A DNA stretch of 63,886 nucleotides, the filler included, from Sphacelaria rigidula (lineage: Eukaryota), in the NCBI GenBank assembly GCA_964200075.2. It is 6 parts of 6 records of this genome, joined end to end, with 100 filler letters (N's around TTAATTAATTAA, not from the genome) between each part and the next. Parts side by side here need not be neighbours in the genome. Positions count along the whole stretch, not along the records: positions 42,661 to 53,223 come from CAXNAA020006269.1; positions 53,324 to 63,886 come from CAXNAA020006270.1; 4 more parts are not named here. The stretch is one strand, 5' to 3'. Position numbers and translations under genes: made by a program. Below are positions 48,600-61,347 of the stretch, piece by piece. The notes below the pieces were generated by a model. The model did not search any database. It was not told the DNA's origin and was given only the letters and a program-made list of their open reading frames with translations. Within the stretch, counting starts at the first letter, position 1. Every line of letters begins with the position of its first letter.

Positions 48600-49700
48600 A
48601 TCGTAATTTCAGAAAAAACGACATCCTTGCGGTAGCTGCAAATGATCGTCTCTAGGACCTTCAAAGTACATGGCTCCACTTGAGGTATTTGGCACACCAG
48701 GAATCCTGTTCGGGGCAGCCTCGTCAGTCGTTGATCCCGTACCGATTGCATTGCCCTCGCACAACTTCATCGCGCCCATACAGGTGTTCCATCTTCAGCA
48801 GCAAAATTTATAATGTCCACGTACAGCCTACAAGACACGTTCTTGATTGCAGGTGAGCCACACACCCTGTGAAGACCATGCAGTGATTGCCTCAAAAACG
48901 ATCAACTGTTCGTCGACCGGTGCTTGCAACCTCCCTCTAAAACTCCAAATGAATATCTTGCTCTGACTTCCGACAGGAGTCAGACCAATAACATTGTAAA
49001 CTATACCTACCTATTTCTAGTCTGTTCTCGTCGCATCCTCTTCCTAGAACTTCAGACATTTATTCGTAAGGAATAGCCCAGCCATTCCAGCAGGGGTCAC
49101 CACCAAACTCTATACCGTACGCGAGGCTGTCGTAAAAGCGGACGGTGACCCGAGAGATCTGTTCAAAAGTACCTCTTGCTTTGTTCTCGATACTCATATC
49201 TACACACGAAACTAAGGTCGAATGAGAGACGGCGCGGCAAACGCCCATTCTACGTATATGCACAGGCCAAAGTCCACGTCCACTTCCAGTCGTCTTGGAC
49301 ACGGTCTCTAACCACCGGATGCTCCTCGACTGCCATCATCTTGACCTGTGGCGACGCAAAACGATTGAATGGAGAGGTCAGGTAGGATTGAATGTGTTAA
49401 CAAAACCGGGAGAAGGGGAGAAGGGGTACGGCATATCTCTGTGATGCTCTGACAGAGCAATATGCATTAAATTCAACGGCGCGCGAGGCTTTCGACGGGC
49501 TAGGAAGGACTTGACAAAATTCGGATGGTGAGTAAGGGAGCCCCAGGACCTTCCCCGTTCTCTCAAGATCGATGTTCCAACCACGTCCCAAGAGAACTGT
49601 AATGAATTTATACTCGTTGTACACGAAGGCGTCGGAAGGCGTGTGCAGACCGCACCGTACACAAAGGGTCAGAAATAACAATCGACTCAAATAACTAACC
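48600..49700 (-). mobile_element. Probable highly decayed Ty1/copia relic
   Basis: Integrase-like pieces (YKFITV, QSFCVATG, SGRGLW, YDSLAYGI) upstream of RT-like LRQSLHGL and LYVDI; IN-before-RT order. Confidence 0.45.
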
Positions 49701-50256
49701 ATTTCGTGGTTGATGTTGTGTTGTCATACACCGATATACCGATGGAACATATTTGCTTGAGACCCTTGAACATGAACATGTGCGGGGAGAGCGCAAAACG
49801 ACGAAACCTACGTGCTACGAAGGGTATTTCTGGATATCTTTGTGTCCGTGCGGTTTTCCGCATCAGCACCACCCCTCCTCATCACTTTCTACGATACCCC
49901 CCCCAAAAACAACACGTGCCTGGGTTGGGAAGGCAAAATCTTTACGTAAATCGAAATGGAAAAAGCCGAGCACAACGAGCAGCTTGGAATTCCCACGCTT
50001 GGGATTCCTTCTCGTCAATTTCGCCCATATGAGGCGCTTCATGCAGCCTGAACCCAAACATCAGGCGCTGTATGATCACTTTTTTCGTGACACGTTTCGG
50101 GCTGATTTGGGGGGGGGGGGGGGGAAGTTGAGAGATCTTCCCCTTGGTGTTTTAAAATGTCGCAGGAGCCCGCCCGGCCTACTTCCNNAGTCTTGTTTTT
50201 TTTTTTTTTTTTTTTTTTTTGTTGTTGTTTTTGGGGGTTGGTTTTTATCGTAGAAA

Positions 50257-53218
50257 GTGTCTCCCCTGGATTGTAAGAATAGCCCAAGCATCCCTACCAG
50301 TATATTCACCGTGCTGTCAGGTGTCAATTTCGTTCCGAACGACAAGCGTACGCTGGAAACAAAATGTGTCCGGGCAGGTGTAGTTTCGTTCCGTACTTCC
50401 ATCGCGGTTCGAACCCGCGACCTTGTAGTAGACACAAGGTACCGTAGCAGCAAAATGACCGATTATATCAAACGGTCAAACTCTATCATCACGTCAACAG
50501 CTCTGTTTTTCCTACAAGTGCCATGGCTCCGTCGCTCGTGCTTGAGGTCGCGTCGAATAAAATAAAAGCAGCGTGGAGCGTTCCAGCGTGTGCCCTGAGC
50601 TTTGCCCAGCGAGCTCACCCAGGTCATCATCAGCGAGCTCGAACAGAGTATACCTGGTGATACACTTAGTTCACTGACTACGGACTTTGCCAACGTACTC
50701 TTGAGTGCCGCTGAAAAGGTGGTACCCCGTCTGACCCGAAAGCCACGTTTACCGGGGTGGTTCGAGGATGCTGAAATCAGAACGGAATTCGAACTCGCTT
50801 GGATGGAGAGAGAAAGGGCGAGATCAACGGTGAGACTGGGGTCATCTCGAGATGAGCTCGCACGGCGCACATTGCGAACAGCATGCAAGAAGATCAAAAA
50901 GGTTATCCAAGTTGCGGTTGACAAATATATGAATGTGTATGCAAGAGAACTAAGAGGATAGTACAGACATCTCAACGGAGGGTGGAGACTGTCTGGACGA
51001 CCAATCGAAAGTGAACAGTACATTCGAGATGAGGACGGCAATTTACTGCAGGACAGAGGTTTGATCAGTGGGAGATGCAAACGGTACATTTCTGCGTCGC
51101 TGAACGCCATTTCGGCAACGATCGACCGCACCATCATCAAGATGATTACTCAACGACCAATAGCGCTGTCACTAGGAGACCCACCAAGCCTGAGTGAAAC
51201 TGAGGAGGCTCTGAGAGCTATGTCAAATGGCAAAGCAACCGGTCCGGATGGTATTCCTGCTGAACTCCTGAAGCTTGGACTCAACGGGGAATCGTCGGAC
51301 ATTCTGTACCACTTCCACGACATCGTCTCTGCGGTTTCGACATCTGGCGAGGTGTCGCAAACCCTAGGGGTATTGGGGGAACATCGTTCGGAATGGAACA
51401 TGTAGAAATATTATTCAGGGGTACCGTAGTACATTTTTCCCTGTTCAAAATCGAAATTTTCTTGCTTGAACGTGTTGTACCCGTTACAATGAACGACTGC
51501 TTTCCAAGAAAACCATCTGTTAATTCAGGACTTCCCCTGGGGTCTAATCCTAACCCACACAGATGTCACAAATCATATCTGAAGTAGAGGGTGCCAGCAC
51601 TTTCTGTCGCTAGTTCAGCCCCCGTTTGGGATCGACGGGAGGGATATTCAAACTACAGCTGATGCGGGTTTTAAGTTAGAAAAAACGGCTCGGAGTTTGC
51701 AAGCGCGTTGCACTACAATAGTATTGTTCGACAGCCTCACCGCGAAACCAGTTCTCAACACAGCCACGGCGGAAGTGGCCATACGAGGCGTGATAGCTGG
51801 TTCAGACTGGATGAAGCGCCTCGCATAGGCGCTACTGGCGAAACAACCCCAAGCGTGGCACTAGCCCTTACCCCCGTTGTGTGTGTGTGCAGCTTTATTG
51901 TGGGGCATCCATTTTATTCAGCTGACGACTGTGCTGTAGTGATGCTGTACTCTGGTGCGCTGGTACATCTCAGCAGACTGCTGAATGATGCTGCGTTTCA
52001 TAGATCGCTGGCGTCTGTCGCCGTATTGGATCGTTTCGCTGACGGCGGTCGTCGCCGGCGCAACAACAGTATGAATTCTCTCTCAGATACTCAACAAGAG
52101 GCGCTCGAAAACTCGATGACTAGTCCAAAGAAGTATGTTTTCAGCATGCTTTGTTACGTGTTCCGTAGCGCTTAGACGCAGGTCCTGCTCAAAAGATGCC
52201 GCACAATGACGGCGGTGTTTCTGTTGGCTGCTCATCATGCTTGGGCTGCCGTGCAGAAACTTCTGGGTTAGAGTTACAAGATCGAAACCGGTTGCGAATC
52301 CCGAGCCTATTCGATGAAACAGATGAAACTTCGATGGTCCGTTGAACCTCACCCAAATGTTGAACCTCAAAAACGAATCCAGGTTGTTCTTTGGTCAGTA
52401 CCCAGTTCCACGGAGGCCACCCTGGATATCAACGCTGCCGGTCGAGGGTATAAGCAGACGGGGAAGTTCATCTACCTTGGTGGAGCTATTAGCGCGGATG
52501 CGAAAATGTCCATCGAAATCAACCGCCGTATCAGCGCGGCGTGGGCGCGTATCCGAAAATATAGCTCCCAACCCTACGACCCTTCAAAGTTCGACCACTT
52601 GAAGCGGAGGTGGTAGAAGCTCTGTTGTATGGGTGTGCCACATGGACGCTGCGTTGTGAGGACTTCGACGGTTTGCGCACTGCCCATCATAAGCTCTTGC
52701 TGCGAGTGGTTGGATTCCGCAGGAACGATCGAAATGGCTACAAGACTCTTTCGTACAGAGCGGTGCTCGAGATGACCAACTGCGAACGTATCAAGACGAC
52801 TATCCGCAATTGTCAACTCTGCTTCGCGGGAGACCTTGTCCGGCAGAAGGACACACGCCTTTCCCAGCGTGTCATGAACGGTCGGCTTTCCACACGAGGA
52901 CCCAAGGAGTTCGGTCGCCCCCTAAAGCAATGGGAGGATACCCTAAAAGAGAACCTACGTGCGCTAGGGGCTGTCCCGCACAAAGGAGCCCGACGAAAGT
53001 GGTTCGTCTACGGTGTAGAGGTTAACGATGCATACGATTGGGTCACTGCGGCGAAGTACCTGAGCGAATGGCATATTGAAGTCGAAAAGGGAGCGGAAGC
53101 GTTTGAGGACACGTGGCGACGCGCGGACAAGCGAGAATCAGACCGCCGTCACAAGCGAGAGGCTGCTGCGTCGAGGGCTGCCAATCGGAGAATCCTGTCT
53201 GCTCATATCGGTTGTTGA
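50257..53218 (+). mobile_element. Decayed RTE-like LINE lacking the RT core
   Basis: APE-end 'DYI', PGWF, ALRAMSNGKATGPDGIPAELLK; after ~1 kb of unrelated DNA, FIYLGGAIS..EINRRISAAW and EALLYGCATWTL. Confidence 0.85.
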
Positions 53219-53223
53219 TTGTG

Positions 53224-53323
53224 NNNNNNNNNNNNNNNNNNNNNNNNNNNNNNNNNNNNNNNNNNNNTTAATTAATTAANNNNNNNNNNNNNNNNNNNNN
53301 NNNNNNNNNNNNNNNNNNNNNNN
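53224..53323. other. Artificial contig linker
   Basis: Same cassette. Confidence 0.98.
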
Positions 53324-53914
53324 CCGCCGTCTTCTAACAAGGAACGCGTGCTCCCCTGCCGACTGCCCATGCCTAGCTCCCATAATTTTGTTCTTTCCCC
53401 CCCCCCCCCTCCCCTTCCCTCCCCTTCCCTCAAAGATTATTCCTCTACCCCTTCACTGCAAAAGACTATGACAGCAATGCTGGTGGCACCGAACGTTGTT
53501 GCACCATCGAAACGTTCACGTCAAGACGATTGTTTTGCATCCACGGGGGCCCGACAGGGCAAGTTTTTTTCTCGTAAATATCCCATGGACGCGGAAAGAA
53601 TCATCGTCGGATTGATTGTGTCTTCATATCTCTCCGATACGCAGAAACCGTAAAGATGCCCAACAAATTCCCGGGGACGATGAAATAACAACAATGTTGG
53701 AATATTGAATATCAAGCACGGGGCTCTTGCTGCTGCTGTGAAGTCTTGTATCGGTTAGATATCACCCCCACCCTTCCCTCTCCACCAGACACGCGCACCT
53801 TCGCCTCGCGTACCCTTCCTTCTTTATGGGGTCGCTTGCATGACGGTCGGTGCAACATTCAATGTTCGGTACAGGAGGAGAGCGCACTATTCATGGGCTC
53901 GAATTTCCTCTTAC

Positions 53915-54034
53915 ATCGATACACCCGTCCGCGTTTTCGTCTGCCTCCGCAATCACCAACTGGAGCTCCGGTCCTGTCAATCCCAGTTCGGCGTGGCTCA
54001 TGATGGCCGAAATTTGCTCAGGGGTCAGGTATCC
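53915..54034 (-). CDS. Exon 6: EF-hand pair (gene continues beyond the contig)
   Basis: CAG|GYLTPEQISAIMSHAELGLTGPELQLVIAEADENADGCID|GTAAGA; absent from the ORF track. Confidence 0.85.
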
Positions 54035-54868
54035 CTGTAGCCTCGGCAGCAGCTCAGATCGGTGCGAGCATGAGCGCGGGAAGACGGAAGGGGGGACGGG
54101 GGGGCGAGGTGCTTGTGACGAGGTCGGCCTGCTTACCGAAGCGTGATATCCCCCTCATTGTCGTAGAAAAGTACTTCGTGAGGGCGACGTTGTGATTGGA
54201 CTCAAACAACATCATGGCGATGTGAGCTTCTCCCCTGCCCCTCGCATACAAATTTGATGCCGTCGACGACGGGGTCTGGTATGTGGGCAAGATGTGCGAT
54301 AAAATGTCATCCAACCAAAAAACATGCGGCTTACGCCTTTTCCACAAATCGTGTGCTTCGGTGCACTTTAGCAACGTACCTACTTTGAGACACGTGGGCA
54401 ATGCTACGGTAAGGGTTGCCCTTTTTGCTTCTGGGTCACTTTTTTTGTAGGAGCCCAAATATATGGGGATTACTGTGCAACCCAAATCTCCGGGAACCGG
54501 ACTCCCAGAAACATGGTGTTTGCACGCAGGGGCCTTATCGTAAATCGGCATCATCTTCATCCCTTTTTAAGTGAAAATGATGCCGATTCTCAAAATGACT
54601 CGTCCGACACCCCCCCCCGAGCAGCCCGGAGAAACATTTTCGCTGAAAACGTGCAACCCCTACCGTAGCATTACTCATGTACGCCTTTCCAGTTTATCGA
54701 GCACAACATTGAATCTCCCCCTCCCGCGCCCTTTCGCTCCCACCCACCCCTCCGGCTGCTTCCGCTGCCGTGCGTTCTCTCTGCACATCTGGAGATAACA
54801 ACATACGCAGACACACCCGCGGAACTCTGTTAGCATCAACAGCTGCCGCAACAGAAGCGACTTCTCAC

Positions 54869-55207
54869 TTTTCCCTCGGCGTCAGCTTCAACAAACAGCC
54901 CCCGCAACACCTCGTTCAGTCCCCCTTCTGACCCCCCGCTGCCGCCGCTGGAAGCGGCGACGGTCGGGCTGGCGATGACATCGGACGGTTTGCCCTCCGT
55001 CGTGTCATCGGCTAAGTCTAGCAGGTGGGGCGAGACGTTGGTTCCTTGCGATGAGCTCTCAGGCGTTAAAGTCGGCGAGGTGATGACGGCAGCTGTCACT
55101 GGAGATATTTTGGTCGGAATTCGCTGTTGATGATGCAGATGCCGGAGTTCTTCGGCTGGTGCACAGAATTTGTGCGCCTCGTCCAGTGCTATCATCCTGC
55201 CGCATAC
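54869..55207 (-). CDS. Exon 5, ending in the first half of an EF-hand
   Basis: CTGCAG|VCGR...LRGLFVEADAEGK|GTGAGA. Confidence 0.78.
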
Positions 55208-55931
55208 CTGCAGCGGGGTCATCATGTACACTGAATTTTGGCGTAGCGTTTAGTGCGTGGTGCATTCGAGTGCTAGTGCCTTCATGCTCAAATATATGAA
55301 TACGGTTACTAGGAAATAGCACTCCTGAAGGCGATGTATGCGTGTGTTGTGTCTTTGTGTGCGTTGCCATGTTGCCGTGTTCACTGCCTGCCTTGTGTAT
55401 AAAGGGTTGTCGCTCGCGCGCAGTTGTTCCCTGCGGGGAAAGCATGGCATGCTTTACATCCCTTTTGTCAACGCAAAATGGGTATCGGCTTGAAAAACGT
55501 CATCTGCGTCTCGTTTGGTGATGAGTGAGAGTGAATACGATACTTAACACAAAATGTGTGTGTAAACATGGAACATTGCACCGAGTCAAAGATTATCGAG
55601 CCTCATCATCAGGATGCGTGTGCACGCATTCGCTTGAAGTCCTTGTCGCTTTCATCTTCCGATGCCGCGGATAAAGTCTGACGCCCAGCCATGCCCATAC
55701 CGCAATGGCTACAATCACTCTCAGATCCTGCTCGACCACGTGGCTTAAAGGGGTTATGGATTCAAACAAGAAAGTTGACAGTATTGCTTGACTTGAATCA
55801 ATATATTTTGTTCAATACCCATATGAATCGCAAAGCAGACACAAGCAGCGCATACATGGGTCAAGAGCTTGCTTCAGCTTCTCTGGGAATATTCCCGCAG
55901 GATAAAGTGTATCCTGGCACTTGGCACCCAC

Positions 55932-56036
55932 CTCCTTTCTGTCGTGGATAACCCTGACGTCAAACTGGTCGTCGAAGGGCTCCTTGGCCGTGATACGGAT
56001 GAAGCAAATCCACGTCTCCCCCGCGTTTCCAACCAC
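55932..56036 (-). CDS. Exon 4
   Basis: CAG|VVGNAGETWICFIRITAKEPFDDQFDVRVIHDRKE|GTGGGT; phase 0. Confidence 0.7.
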
Positions 56037-56310
56037 CTGTTCGAAACCGTTTTTAATCTGTTGGTGCTATTCCCCTCATGACATGCGCTGTAGCATGAAC
56101 TGTTCTGCTCATTTCACAAGAAGCCATCGACATTGCACCTTCTCCGCTACAAACCAACGTTGCCGATCCGACAAGCACCGCCAAACACCTACCCACGCAT
56201 TGTATTTCGGTTGTACCTTCCACGACGTCGAGCCTTGTCGCCTTTCCCCCGCCACACATACACACCGACAGGCGCAGTTCAGCGGATATATAACACGCAC
56301 GCAGGCGTAC

Positions 56311-57525
56311 CTCCAACGGTTTCGTAGCCTGGATCAGAATCCGTACGCCTTCCTTCTCGTCCGGAAACGCCAGCGGGTTGAACAAGCGATCCGACTCAGA
56401 AGTTTCGGAAAGTTCTCCACTCGCACAAGAATATGTGCCCCCCGAACCCCCATTTCCTCGCCCCCGTGCCGCCCTATCCCTCTTAGAACCCCGCCCGAAG
56501 CGCCCCCTCCCGACGCTACCGCTAATCCGTCTGCTGTGCGAGCTTCCGTCGATGCTTTCACTGCTAGACTGCCATCGGGAACTCGCTGTGTCTACGCTTC
56601 CTCGTATGCCTCCCGTGCTGCTCCCGCTGTCCTTTGCGGAAATATTCTCGTTGGTCGAACGTTTAAAGCGTGGTGCTTCGTTGTTGGAGGTACGCTTGTG
56701 CGCTCCTCTGACATTGGTCCCGAGTTTACTCGCGGCAACATTTTCTCGCGTTAGTACAGCGGTGCTCTCGCGTCGACCCTGGTCAGCCTGCGGCAGGCCT
56801 TTCCGTCCGGCATCGCTGTCGGCAAAAGATGGTTCTTCCTCGTTGGTAGCGCTATCGTTGGTGTCGTCGTTGGCTTCCCCCTCATCATCAAACTTCATGA
56901 TTTGACCATCACTGTAATCTTCTCCACCTTGGTGAATCCCAGCACGCGCCCCCTCTCGTCCCTCACGTCCTCCGCTCGCGAGGGGCATCTTTAACTCAGG
57001 ATGCTCCAGTCTGTTACCACCTTCGTAAATATCCCCAGCACCCAGCACAGCCGTGGGCAAACGTGGGTCGCTTCTGACTCCGACCCCCCTCGTTGCATTG
57101 CCATTTCCGGCCGTAACAACTCCCCGCCCCGTCGTACGAAAACAAGTTTCGGAAGTCGTAACACATCGGTAATCAGGTCTACCTCTACCACTGTTGTTGT
57201 GGCTATTGTGGTTGCTGTACGAGCGGTGACCTCGTTGTGCTGAGCGCCACGGTCTTTGCGCAAGCAACGCACGACACGATGATGGCGATGATGGCGTCGA
57301 CGCTGCAGCGTAGCATCCGCGGCGGGTGGGTTCTTCGAAGCTGTAGGAAAATCCATCATCTAAGGGATTTCCACCGACCCAGTGTCCGCCGGCCTTATGG
57401 TGCGTCGTTGACAAAAGGTGACCGGTCGTGTAGTCGGTTTTGCGGAGACGGAGGATGCGCTCGTGCTTGCGACGATGCTTCCGCATCTTGTCCAGGGAGT
57501 ACAGGGACTTGGATTGGGTCATGCG
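56311..57525 (-). CDS. Exon 3: end of the CFAP97-like domain plus long low-complexity linker
   Basis: CAG|RMTQSKSLYSLDKMRKH...KPLE|GTACGC; 405 codons open. Confidence 0.8.
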
Positions 57526-59321
57526 CTGTGTTTTTTTAATGAGATGAAGTGAAGCGTAGACGAGTGCTGAACAAAACAAATGTTCCAAATATGCGGGAGG
57601 GGATTGTTACTCAGAGCATGGGACTGAGGAGCGGTGCATGTGTGATTTGTTGTGTTGCGACCAGGGTATGTTCGAAAGAACCTGTGCAGTGAGTTAAAAA
57701 GATGGAGAAGGATACGGAACGTGGTGGAGACAAGCATGGCGTCGGGTAATTTTACCAGATATAGTTGCTTTGATCGTTTTTGCGAAGTACGGTTCCGACA
57801 CCTGAAGCTATCTATCTTGACAACATGTATTTGTTTGTTCTGGTATACTATTCCCCCTTGCTAGAAGTGAACCCGCTTATTTCCTCCCCTGATACCACCG
57901 GGGTGTGTTTCGGTGTCCACTTAGTAGCATCAGGCCAATTTCGATGCGCTATGATCTCATGTCCTTACTGACTTGGCGTAACTGATTGCGCGCAACGATT
58001 CAACATGCTGTGCTCTTCATACCATACACACCACCACCGACCATCTCTCCTTCTCCAGCGCAGCAAAGCGCGGCATAGTGACCGCAGCTGCACCTAACGA
58101 GAGGTGCAATGCTATGCGTACAAGCGATCAGAGACAGGTAGCGACAGACACCCCCACAGAGCTGACAGTACAATACTCTCGAGTCGTGGCACTCTTGTAT
58201 ACTCAACACTTTTGTTGTGATCGTAGGGTAGAGCGACACAGGTAGTAACACAAGCCACGGCATATTCGAAAGGTAAAGCTACCACCAGATTAGCCGCGCG
58301 ACTACTGCAGGAAGGTGTACTGCAACGAAACGGCGGACACTCTACCTCGCTCAATAGGAGGCGTTTCTAGGCATCATGAGAAGATTCTAGTGTGGTAGGT
58401 GCTCCGTAAGGCGAGTGGGTTGTGGCAGTTCTGCCCCTGAGTCCTCGGGCAACATGTGGGTACATTCCCAGACTTTGTGAAACGTAGAATAGCGTAGCAT
58501 AGCACGGCGCAAGTCAGCACTACCAGTAGGTTATCGATGGGTCTTTGCACGCGCACGCACCCGCGGTGATTCAGATTGGCGGAGTTACAGACTGCTGGGA
58601 TTATGCCTCCATGTTCGAGGTTGCGAGGTTCGGCGCTGAGCGGGGCGTGCAGTGCATGTAACTAGTTGCAATGGGAAATGGGATGACTCCCGGCTCGGGT
58701 CCAACAGGGTTTGCGCCAGATCGAGAGTTTAGCGTCGATTGAGACGTAAATTCATGATTTGCTCTAACGTAACCAATTTTCCATTTGTGTGTGTCATCTT
58801 TTTGCCTACTACACTGTCGTGTGCTTACAGTTATACGTAGATATCCTACTCAGGGATATCAGAGGCTTCAGTGGCAAGCTACTACATAGAGCGTGTAAGG
58901 TCTCGTACAACGCCTGGAGGGCATTTCGGAAGTGAAACTGTTTCAGGCACTAACGGATAATTTCTGGAGATCTAGAGTTCTAGATTTCTCCTGATTGACG
59001 AGGCCCATACAATACAGACATGCGTTGGATTCATCCCATGGGTAGGCTGCGGTATCTGAATCCAGAACAAATCAAAGATCTGACCAAGAAATTTCGGCCG
59101 AATACCTTGGAAACTCGATTTTTCAAGGAGAAAAAAGGTCGGCACTGATGATTATCCGAAAACCCCCGTGCCCGTCCACAGTTGTTGCACGATACACGGT
59201 TAAGCAAACACTGGTTTTACTCAATAGTACTTTTACCTCGAGTCGACGTCCGTTTACTCACGCAAGCGTGACAATCATAGCCTTGCACACGCCGTCAAAT
59301 CAGTTCTCTTTCTTAGCTTAA

Positions 59322-59419
59322 CCCTTAGACCGCGAGATTAGTCTTTCTGGATCATGCATACTTTTTTTCACTTGAAATTGATACCGATTCAACAGAAGAC
59401 TAACCTCGCGGTCTAAGGG
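59322..59419. mobile_element. 98-bp piggyBac-type MITE in an intron
   Basis: TTAA|CCCTTAGACCGCGAG...CTCGCGGTCTAAGGG|TTAA; TIR ~24-28 bp. Confidence 0.92.
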
Positions 59420-59620
59420 TTAAATCAGCTCAGCGTGTCAGGCTGCACAGCTGCGCCTTGAAACCCTGCTTACAGGGCGCACTCTTAGTCAACTTTAGGT
59501 CTACCTTCATCTCAGCTACTACTTCCCTTCACATGTATCCTGAAGAGATCTGCGCGCACAGAAACCTACATTCGCCCTACCATTCCACGCACAGAACACT
59601 ATGTTACGGTACATACTCAC

Positions 59621-60061
59621 TTCCATCATTTTCTCGTTCTCTCGGGCAACAAAAGCGGCCTTCAGGTCTCGTTTCCTCGCGAGCAGCGTGTTCAGCCTAG
59701 TCCGTACGTGCGACTTACCTCCACCAGTACTCCTCATACTACTGCCAATACCCGCCCCCGGCCCTTGCCCGACCGTCCCAGACCGCCGTCGCTTCGAGGC
59801 AGCACCCCCTCCAGCGGGGAAGACAGTCCCATCGGTCACACGCGAGCCACATCCGCCGGCACGACGAGAGTGAATCTGCTCTAAAGCTCGGAGCAACTTA
59901 AGGTTCTCGTGAACCACTTGCGCGTGGTGTCGGCGTATGTGGTAGTTTTTGGACAGCCTTTTATCCATAAAATCGAGCCGCAGAGGAGTAGTGAGGGAAA
60001 GGGAAGCCTTGACAGATGCTAGCCGGTTCTCGTGTATCGCGTACCTGCGTTCGACGTCGTT
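59621..60061 (-). CDS. Exon 2: CFAP97 (KIAA1430/hemingway)-like domain
   Basis: CAG acceptor, GTGAGT donor; RRYAIHENRLASVK, VVHENLKLLRALEQI, LNTLLARKRD..RENEKMME. Confidence 0.8.
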
Positions 60062-60817
60062 CTGGTTCCAACGTAGTGGCGGTGATCAGAATGGGATCAG
60101 AGTGTTGGATGAGGTGATCGGTGGTACAATACAAGGAGCATCGTAAGGTATTGCGCATGTTGCAGTAAGCTACATCGTTAGGACGAGACGAGACGGCCCA
60201 TAGAATACGCAGGGTTGGGACACGACCAGTGACACTGCCGATGCAGCCCACGGCTTCTGCCATCAGCTTTTGTTTTTTTTACCCGGTTGGTCTAACGAGT
60301 GAAGACCAAGGGTTTCGAAGACTGGAAAGAGTGTTGCCTCGGCATACCTGCATTGTATCATCCAGTGGCTGCATAATAAGCAGAACTTTCTTTCGCCTGT
60401 ACTCGTATCGCGTTGGAATGTGTCGCGCCTACGATGTCACACATTCTATATCGCATGTTCTGTACCGAACCGTCAACATACAAGAGTACAAGAATATCAC
60501 CCATCGGAAAACTCGAGAGCTTGCGAATCATACAGATTCAAAATCAGCCACGAGGCGCGTCGGGCAGCAGGGTGTGGAGCAGTTGTACGACTGCTGTATA
60601 ATTCAAGTGTTCATATCCAAATGAGCCAGCAGAATAGCTCATTATGTTCGCGACCGTAGCTCCCAGATGTCCCCGGTCGTGGGTCCCATCATGACCATGT
60701 ACACATATTTCATGGTGCTACTCTACATATTTTGCCCACTGCATTATGCAGATAGTGTACAACATCAACCAAGCGCCCATCTCTGCCCCATTATAACAGG
60801 GTCCCCGCAACGCACAC

Positions 60818-60964
60818 CTTGTGGCACAGAGTGTTCCCGCATAGTGGTTCTCGATTGGAGTAAGCTCCGGGTTTCGTCGACGCCGTCACGCAGAAGCCTG
60901 CAGTTTCCGCATTGTTTCCTGGTCCAATATTTGGAGGTCCTAGACAAGACACACTTGCAGCCAT
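60818..60964 (-). CDS. Exon 1 of CFAP97-domain/EF-hand gene
   Basis: ATG...MAASVSCLGP...YSNREPLCGNTLCHK|GT; phase 0; completes the CFAP97-like N-terminus. Confidence 0.6.
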
Positions 60965-61251
60965 CCAAACAGCTTCCTAGATTTCCTCTGCGATAACGTA
61001 CTGCTGCTGCCCTGTCCTGCTTTTGCCTCGAGGTTGATGTGTTCCCTCCCGGTACGGAGTGTATCACATTTTGCGGCGCAATATAAAATGAAACGAAAAC
61101 GAAACGAAAACTTCGTGATTCAAATGACGAGCGGGAACAAAGATGTGTTGCACCGCACCTCAGCTAGACCGCATACGTACCCAAGACCCACGAACAGCAG
61201 TGGCAGCGGTAGAGGAGGGTGCTTGCTCTTGGTTGGGGTGGCTATTTGGCT

Positions 61252-61347
61252 ATGGACAGGCGGGTGATAGACAAAGTCCAGGAGTTAGTCTTTTCCCTCG
61301 TTCGAATAACGGAGGACAACCCACCTCATCTTCGTAGGCAGCGGAAG
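61252..61347 (+). CDS. Putative exon 1 of a divergent gene of unknown function
   Basis: MDRRVIDKVQELVFSLVRITEDNPPHLRRQRK|GTAGGA; phase 0, compatible with the next exon. Confidence 0.5.

Noticed and set aside
50463..51140. 225-aa minus-strand ORF
   Set aside because: Antisense to the LINE ORF
51361..51556. Short inverted ends (accctagggg/cccctggggt) and telomere-like ctaatcctaaccc
   Set aside because: Match does not extend beyond 10 bp; only two imperfect telomere units
55921..56905. Plus-strand ORFs of 277 and 175 aa
   Set aside because: Antisense shadows of the minus-strand gene exons
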